Positions 59,914-64,000 of a stretch of 64,000 bases of DNA are shown here, piece by piece (positions within the stretch are counted from its first letter, which is position 1; each line of letters opens with the position of its first letter). This stretch comes from Gammaproteobacteria bacterium (lineage in GTDB: Bacteria > Pseudomonadota > Gammaproteobacteria > JAABTG01). Position numbers and translations under genes: made by a program. The notes beneath the pieces were generated by a model that made no database searches, was not told the origin of the DNA, and worked only from the letters and a program-made list of their open reading frames with translations. The stretch is from assembly GCA_034522055.1 (NCBI GenBank), contig JAXHLS010000006.1:420116-484115 (forward strand), in the 5' to 3' direction.

Positions 59914-60198
59914 ATGGCCAGCACCGATCCATCCCCCTTCACCCGGTGGCGCAAGCGCCGTCAGCGGCAGGGCTTCGTGCGCGTCGAGGTTCAGGTCCGG
60001 AAGGAAGACGCCGCTCTCGTTCGGGAGGTCGCTACAGCCCTCGGCGATCCCGAGCGCGAAACCGAGACGCGCGCCATCCTCCGAGAGAAGATCGCGCTGC
60101 CCTGGACCGGCGATCTCAAGGCGCTGCTCGCCTCTGCGCCGCTCGAGGGAATCGATCTCGAACGCCCGCGCGATTTCGGGCGCGATGTCGTGCTGTGA
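59914..60198 (+). CDS. Putative antitoxin coupled to a PIN gene fragment
   Basis: Met33 of ORF 59818..60198 preceded by AGAGGG. Arg-rich N-terminus FTRWRKRRQRQGFVRVEVQV. GTGA overlap with the VapC fragment. 59818-59862 upstream is a 45-nt relic of the BrnT-like toxin. Confidence 0.5.
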   Translation: MASTDPSPFTRWRKRRQRQGFVRVEVQVRKEDAALVREVATALGDPERETETRAILREKIALPWTGDLKALLASAPLEGIDLERPRDFGRDVVL

Positions 60199-60365
60199 GT
60201 TTTCTCATCGACACCAACATCGTCGCGGAGGTTCGCAAGGGCGACCGCTGCGATCCGGCCCTGGCGGCTTGGTGGGCGGGCGTCGCGGAGGACGACCTCT
60301 GGCTCAGCGCGCTGGTGCTGGGCGAGATCCGCAAGGGCGTGGAACTGGTGCGAGGGCGCGATCCC
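60195..60365 (+). pseudogene. vapC: VapC/FitB-like PIN toxin, N-terminal ~57 codons only
   Basis: VSFLIDTNIVAEVRKGDRCDPALAAWWAGVAEDDLWLSALVLGEIRKGVELVRGRDP, then transposase-derived sequence on the opposite strand. Confidence 0.75.
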
Positions 60366-61390
60366 TGGATGCGGATGGGCAGCGCCTCGATATTGTGCTC
60401 ATGCATCTGGGCCCGGATTTTGCGTTCGATGAGGCTCAGCAGCATCAAGGCGACGAACCATATCAGGAGCATGGCCTCGATGCGCCGGTTATTTTTGAGA
60501 AATACCGGGGCGACCTGCAAGACGGTCTTGCCGGCGCTGAAGCGCTTCTCCAGATGGGGTTGGTCCTTGTAGGCGAGGAAGACTTCCTCGGGAGACAGGT
60601 CGGTATTGTGCAGCAACGGGAACAGTCCGTCGGTGCGCCGGGCGGCGGCGATGGCGCGGTCGTTGCGCTGCCAGTGCAGCTCGAAGGTGACGTGCTCGCG
60701 GGTTTCGTACCGGCTGTTGGGGCCGGGGCGTCCCGGGCCGACTTTCACCCTTTCGGAGCGGTGGTGCTCGCTCAGCTGCGCGTCGATGTAGGGATGGGCA
60801 CTGCCGAGCGCCTTGTCCACGGCCTTTTCGATGGCCTGCCGGGATTTGAGTCGATGCCGGCCGAGCTTGCCGGCCAGCTCGGTCAGCGCCTGTTCGGCCT
60901 TGTCGAGGGTCCGGTCGCGATTGCCCCGTTCCAGGGCGGCCTTGCTCTCGGAGTGGACCCACACGATGCGATGGCCCTGCCAGGGCTGCGGGGCCTGGAA
61001 CAGGCGGTAGTGTTGTTCGTCGCCTTTCTTGCGCGGATTGGGGCGGCTCAGCTGCTGTTGCCAGGGGATGTCGGTGCCCTCGCGGATCTGCTCGAGGAAG
61101 GCGGTGACGGGCTTGAAGTTCCGGGGCATGATCGTGATGAACTGCCCGCCGTGTTCGGCGATGCGGTCGAGGTTGTCCTGGGCGCAGAGCTTGCTGTCGG
61201 CGACGTAGATGAAGTCGCTGCGGCCGAGCAGCTGGCGTAGCGCCTGCCAGTTGGTCTGATGGGTGGTGACATCGCTGCGGTTGCCGTCGTACCACTGCGC
61301 CAGCAGTGGCACATGGCCGTCGGCGGTGACGTTCAGGCCGAAGACGATCTGCTTGCAGTCTGGCCGGTGGTCTTTGTTGTAGCCGTGGCA
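60366..61390 (-). pseudogene. IS4/IS1634-like DDE transposase fragment, truncated at both ends
   Basis: Part of ORF 60116..61312. ..LLAQWYDGNRSDVTTH..FIYVADSKLCAQDNL..FITIMPRNF..YKDQPHLEKRFSAGKTVLQVAPVFLKNNRRIEAM. Frame open upstream of the first Met. C-terminal ~80 aa of the ORF are antisense to the VapC fragment. Confidence 0.6.
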
Positions 61391-61845
61391 AAGATAAGGA
61401 GCAGGCGCAGGCGGCCGAGCACTGGGTGTTGGAGAAGGCGCAAGCCATCCTTGAAGGACGTTCCGGCCCAGTGGCGGCCGGGATAAGGATCAAGGCCAAG
61501 CGCTGCGCGCTGTCAGCGAAGAAGCAAGAGGTCATCGCGACAGTGGCGAATTACTTGACCAACCATACTGCGATGTTGCGTTACGACCAGTTCATGCAAC
61601 AGGGTTACCCGATAGCAACCGGCGTGATCGAAGGCGCGTGCCGCCATCTGATTGCTGATCGGTTCGAAATAACGGGGGCGCGTTGGTCGCTAAAAACCGC
61701 GGAGGGCATCCTTCGGCTTCGTGCGATCCGCGCCAGTGGCGACTGGGATAGGTATCAGGCATTCCACAAGAAGCAGGAGTGGAAAAGAAACCACCTTCAG
61801 CGCTTCCACGGGCCGGAAACACAAGCCATGGTTTGGGCGGAATGA
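61390..61845 (+). pseudogene. C-terminal fragment of an ISKra4-like transposase
   Basis: ORF 61426..61845. QGYPIATGVIEGACRHLIADRFEITGARWSLKTAEGILRLRAIRASGDWDRY resembles ISKra4-family C-termini. No N-terminal part. Abuts the other transposase fragment head to head. Confidence 0.55.
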
Positions 61846-62042
61846 GTCGTTCTAAAAGAGCCGCACCCTAAGTCTTTGTCAACTAATGTATTCCGTTGTC
61901 ATAAGACTCTGAGGGTGTTGCTGAATTGGCGGCTTTGATCTAAGTTATATTTCTGAATGCCATCATAAGCATAGCTGTTAGGGTCCGCGGGCGGGGCGCT
62001 CGATCTCGCCTGCCGTCGGCAAATAGGGAAGGGGACCGTACT

Positions 62043-63425
62043 ATGGGCCAGGAACAGCCACTCTTTTCCTTGATTTCCAGCCAACCGGAGGCGCTTGCCG
62101 CTTGGCTGAAGCCTCATCTCGAGCATCTAAAACCCGATTCCATCCGTTATCTGACCCCCGGGGCGCTGGCGACTGTGGTATTGGGGCCTCATGAGGCCTT
62201 GATAGTCGACTTTACCTCGTTCGATGCGGATCCCCGGGCAGGGATTGCATGGTCCAAGCTCAAGAACCACCCGGTGCTCGGTCTGCTTCCTGCCGAGGAG
62301 ATCGAAATACCCAGTCAGCGTACCCAAGGCTGTAGTGAGGTTATAGCCTGGCCGGGAGTGCATGAGGAACTGGCGGCCAAACTTCAGCGCCTGCAGCGTC
62401 TGGCCTCGGCCGGGCGACGGATCGAACAGACATTGCTGCTCAAAATCAACCTCATTGGTGAATCCGAGGCGTTTCGTAAGGTCATGTCGGATATCGGCAA
62501 ATATTGCAAATGCGATGCGCCGGTGTTGATTCTGGGCGAGACCGGCACGGGCAAGGAGATGATCGCCCGCGCTATTCACTACCAGGGGCTGGAGGATGGT
62601 AAGCCGTTCGTCGCGGTCAACTGCGGCGCCTTGCCGGATAACCTGGTGGAAAACGAACTCTTCGGTCATGCCAAGGGCGCGTATACCGATGCCCGGCAGG
62701 CGCAGTGCGGTCTGGTGGAGCAGGCCAAGGGTGGCACGTTGTTTCTGGATGAGATCGAGGCCCTCAGTGCCAAGGGCCAAGTGGCCTTGTTGCGGTTTCT
62801 GCAGGATTATGAGTTTCGGCCCTTGGGCGCGTCGCGCAGCAGACGAGCGCAGTTACGCCTGATCACCGCCAGCAACGAGCCCTTGGAGCACCTGGTAGCA
62901 CAGGGCTTTTTCCGCAGGGACCTGTTTTATCGAATCAATATACTCAGGTTATGCCTGCCGCCCTTGCACGAGCGCGGTAATGATGTGGTAATGCTGGCCG
63001 AGCATTTTGTCTCCCGATATCGAGAGATTTATCAGCAGTACGACAAATATCTGGATCCCAATACGCTCAGGTGGATGGTGCACTACGACTGGCCCGGGAA
63101 CGTGCGCGAACTGGAGAATCTGATCCTGCGTGAATTTTTACTGTCCGATTCGTCCTGTATCAGCATACAACCACTCTCCGCCGCTGTCGGCGAGGGGCGC
63201 AGCAATATCTGTGAACGTCGCTTTGGCGATCTCTACGACCGTAATTTCCAGGACGCCAAATCGACGGTGGTGCAGGAATTCGAGCGCAGTTATCTGCAAT
63301 ATGTGCTCCAGGAGGCCAACGGCAACGTGTCTCAAGCGGCGCGCCAGGCGGGCAAGGAGCGCCGCACCTTCGACAAACTGCTGGAAAAGCACGGTATTAG
63401 CAGAAAGCAATTTGTCAGCGAGTGA
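62043..63425 (+). CDS. Sigma-54-dependent transcriptional activator (bEBP, NtrC family)
   Basis: 460 aa. AAA+ core LILGETGTGKEMIARAIH, GAYTDA (GAFTGA variant), GGTLFLDEI, RVIAS-like LRLITASN. C-terminal Fis-type HTH GNVSQAARQAGKERRTFDKLLEKHGI. Confidence 0.9.
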   Translation: MGQEQPLFSLISSQPEALAAWLKPHLEHLKPDSIRYLTPGALATVVLGPHEALIVDFTSFDADPRAGIAWSKLKNHPVLGLLPAEEIEIPSQRTQGCSEVIAWPGVHEELAAKLQRLQRLASAGRRIEQTLLLKINLIGESEAFRKVMSDIGKYCKCDAPVLILGETGTGKEMIARAIHYQGLEDGKPFVAVNCGALPDNLVENELFGHAKGAYTDARQAQCGLVEQAKGGTLFLDEIEALSAKGQVALLRFLQDYEFRPLGASRSRRAQLRLITASNEPLEHLVAQGFFRRDLFYRINILRLCLPPLHERGNDVVMLAEHFVSRYREIYQQYDKYLDPNTLRWMVHYDWPGNVRELENLILREFLLSDSSCISIQPLSAAVGEGRSNICERRFGDLYDRNFQDAKSTVVQEFERSYLQYVLQEANGNVSQAARQAGKERRTFDKLLEKHGISRKQFVSE

Positions 63426-63535
63426 TACCGTACCAGGCCATCCATTAAACGCTGCAATTCAATCGTCCCCTGTGCCGTGAACAGGAGGGATAGCCCTGCT
63501 GTCGCTGTGCTATGCCCGCAACATCCCCGGCGCGC

Positions 63536-63547
63536 CGCGGTACCGCG
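63536..63547. promoter_or_regulatory. Perfect 12-bp palindrome CGCGGTACCGCG, candidate activator binding site (UAS)
   Basis: Read directly. Centre lies ~129 bp upstream of the -24 GG of the sigma-54 promoter at 63669, a typical UAS distance. Confidence 0.35.
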
Positions 63548-63668
63548 CCCGCTATAGGGGCAAATCTGCCCAACTCAAGGGGAAGGATGCGGGCCTTTTT
63601 ACCCGAGTGGCCGCCCTCAAACGCAGGGCCCATCATTAAGGATCAAGAGGTTACCTCCCGTGATTGCT

Positions 63669-63684
63669 TGGCATGCTTTCTGCT
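63669..63684 (+). promoter_or_regulatory. Sigma-54 (-24/-12) promoter
   Basis: TGGCATGCTTTCTGCT. GG at 63670-63671 and GC at 63682-63683 have the canonical spacing of TGGCACG-N4-TTGC. ~25 nt upstream of the ATG at 63709. Confidence 0.7.
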
Positions 63685-63708
63685 CACCCCCTTAGGTAAG
63701 CAACGAGC

Positions 63709-63969
63709 ATGAGGTCACCCATGGGTGAGAGGGAGGAGCGGGTCCGCGACGTGGCCCGAGAAATCGAACATTACTTAGAGTCTCATCCACAAGCGGCCGA
63801 CTCCCTCGAGGGCATCGCCAACTGGTGGATATCGCGACAGCGCTTGCAAACCGAACTCGAAGTGGTTCGAGCGGCTTTGGAACAGTTGTCTCAAGCGGGA
63901 ATTGTTTCCGCCCGGTGGGGCCGTGACAGGCAGGGCCCGATTTATCGTCTGAACAAGAAAAATCACTGA
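63709..63969 (+). CDS. Small hypothetical protein (86 aa), possibly winged-helix-like
   Basis: ORF directly downstream of the sigma-54 promoter. No family recognised. An alternative start is at 63721. Confidence 0.5.
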   Translation: MRSPMGEREERVRDVAREIEHYLESHPQAADSLEGIANWWISRQRLQTELEVVRAALEQLSQAGIVSARWGRDRQGPIYRLNKKNH

Positions 63970-64000
63970 GCAGTGACCATAGGCGTTGATTAGAGACATG

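Overview
High-GC chromosome segment (hand-counted 60-nt lines give about 60-70 % G+C) with three parts. (1) 1-19.3 kb is a surface-polysaccharide locus: rmlA-rmlC-rmlD-rmlB, wzx, then a clearly AT-richer block (~7.3-16.1 kb, sampled lines 28-50 % G+C). The block holds wzy, a glycosyltransferase, a Tat-signal GH5 hydrolase and four sulfotransferases. A fifth sulfotransferase and two more glycosyltransferases lie on the minus strand. A 1.4-kb rmlB-wzx segment is duplicated around a DUF6883/DUF4926-like gene pair. (2) 19.3-59.2 kb is a very plastic array. It contains two intact gmd genes, one intact fcl, at least a dozen 5'-truncated gmd tails and about seven fcl fragments. Almost every one is followed by a REP-like hairpin cluster and then a type II toxin-antitoxin (TA) module; about 17 modules or remnants occur in the window. 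Three group II intron families have invaded the array: A x2, B x3 plus 2 remnants, C x1. So have two 3,362-bp IS21 copies and small MITE-like derivatives. No integrase, attI or recognisable attC is present. (3) 59.2-64 kb holds YoeB/YefM, a truncated VapBC, two abutting transposase fragments, a sigma-54 enhancer-binding protein and a sigma-54 promoter driving a small ORF. No rRNA, tRNA or CRISPR array was found. The most interesting items are the integrase-less TA cassette array built on housekeeping-gene tails with conserved junction motifs that introns target, and the five-sulfotransferase polysaccharide island. All family calls come from reading the translations; no database search was run. 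The repeat-rich structure needs long-read confirmation.
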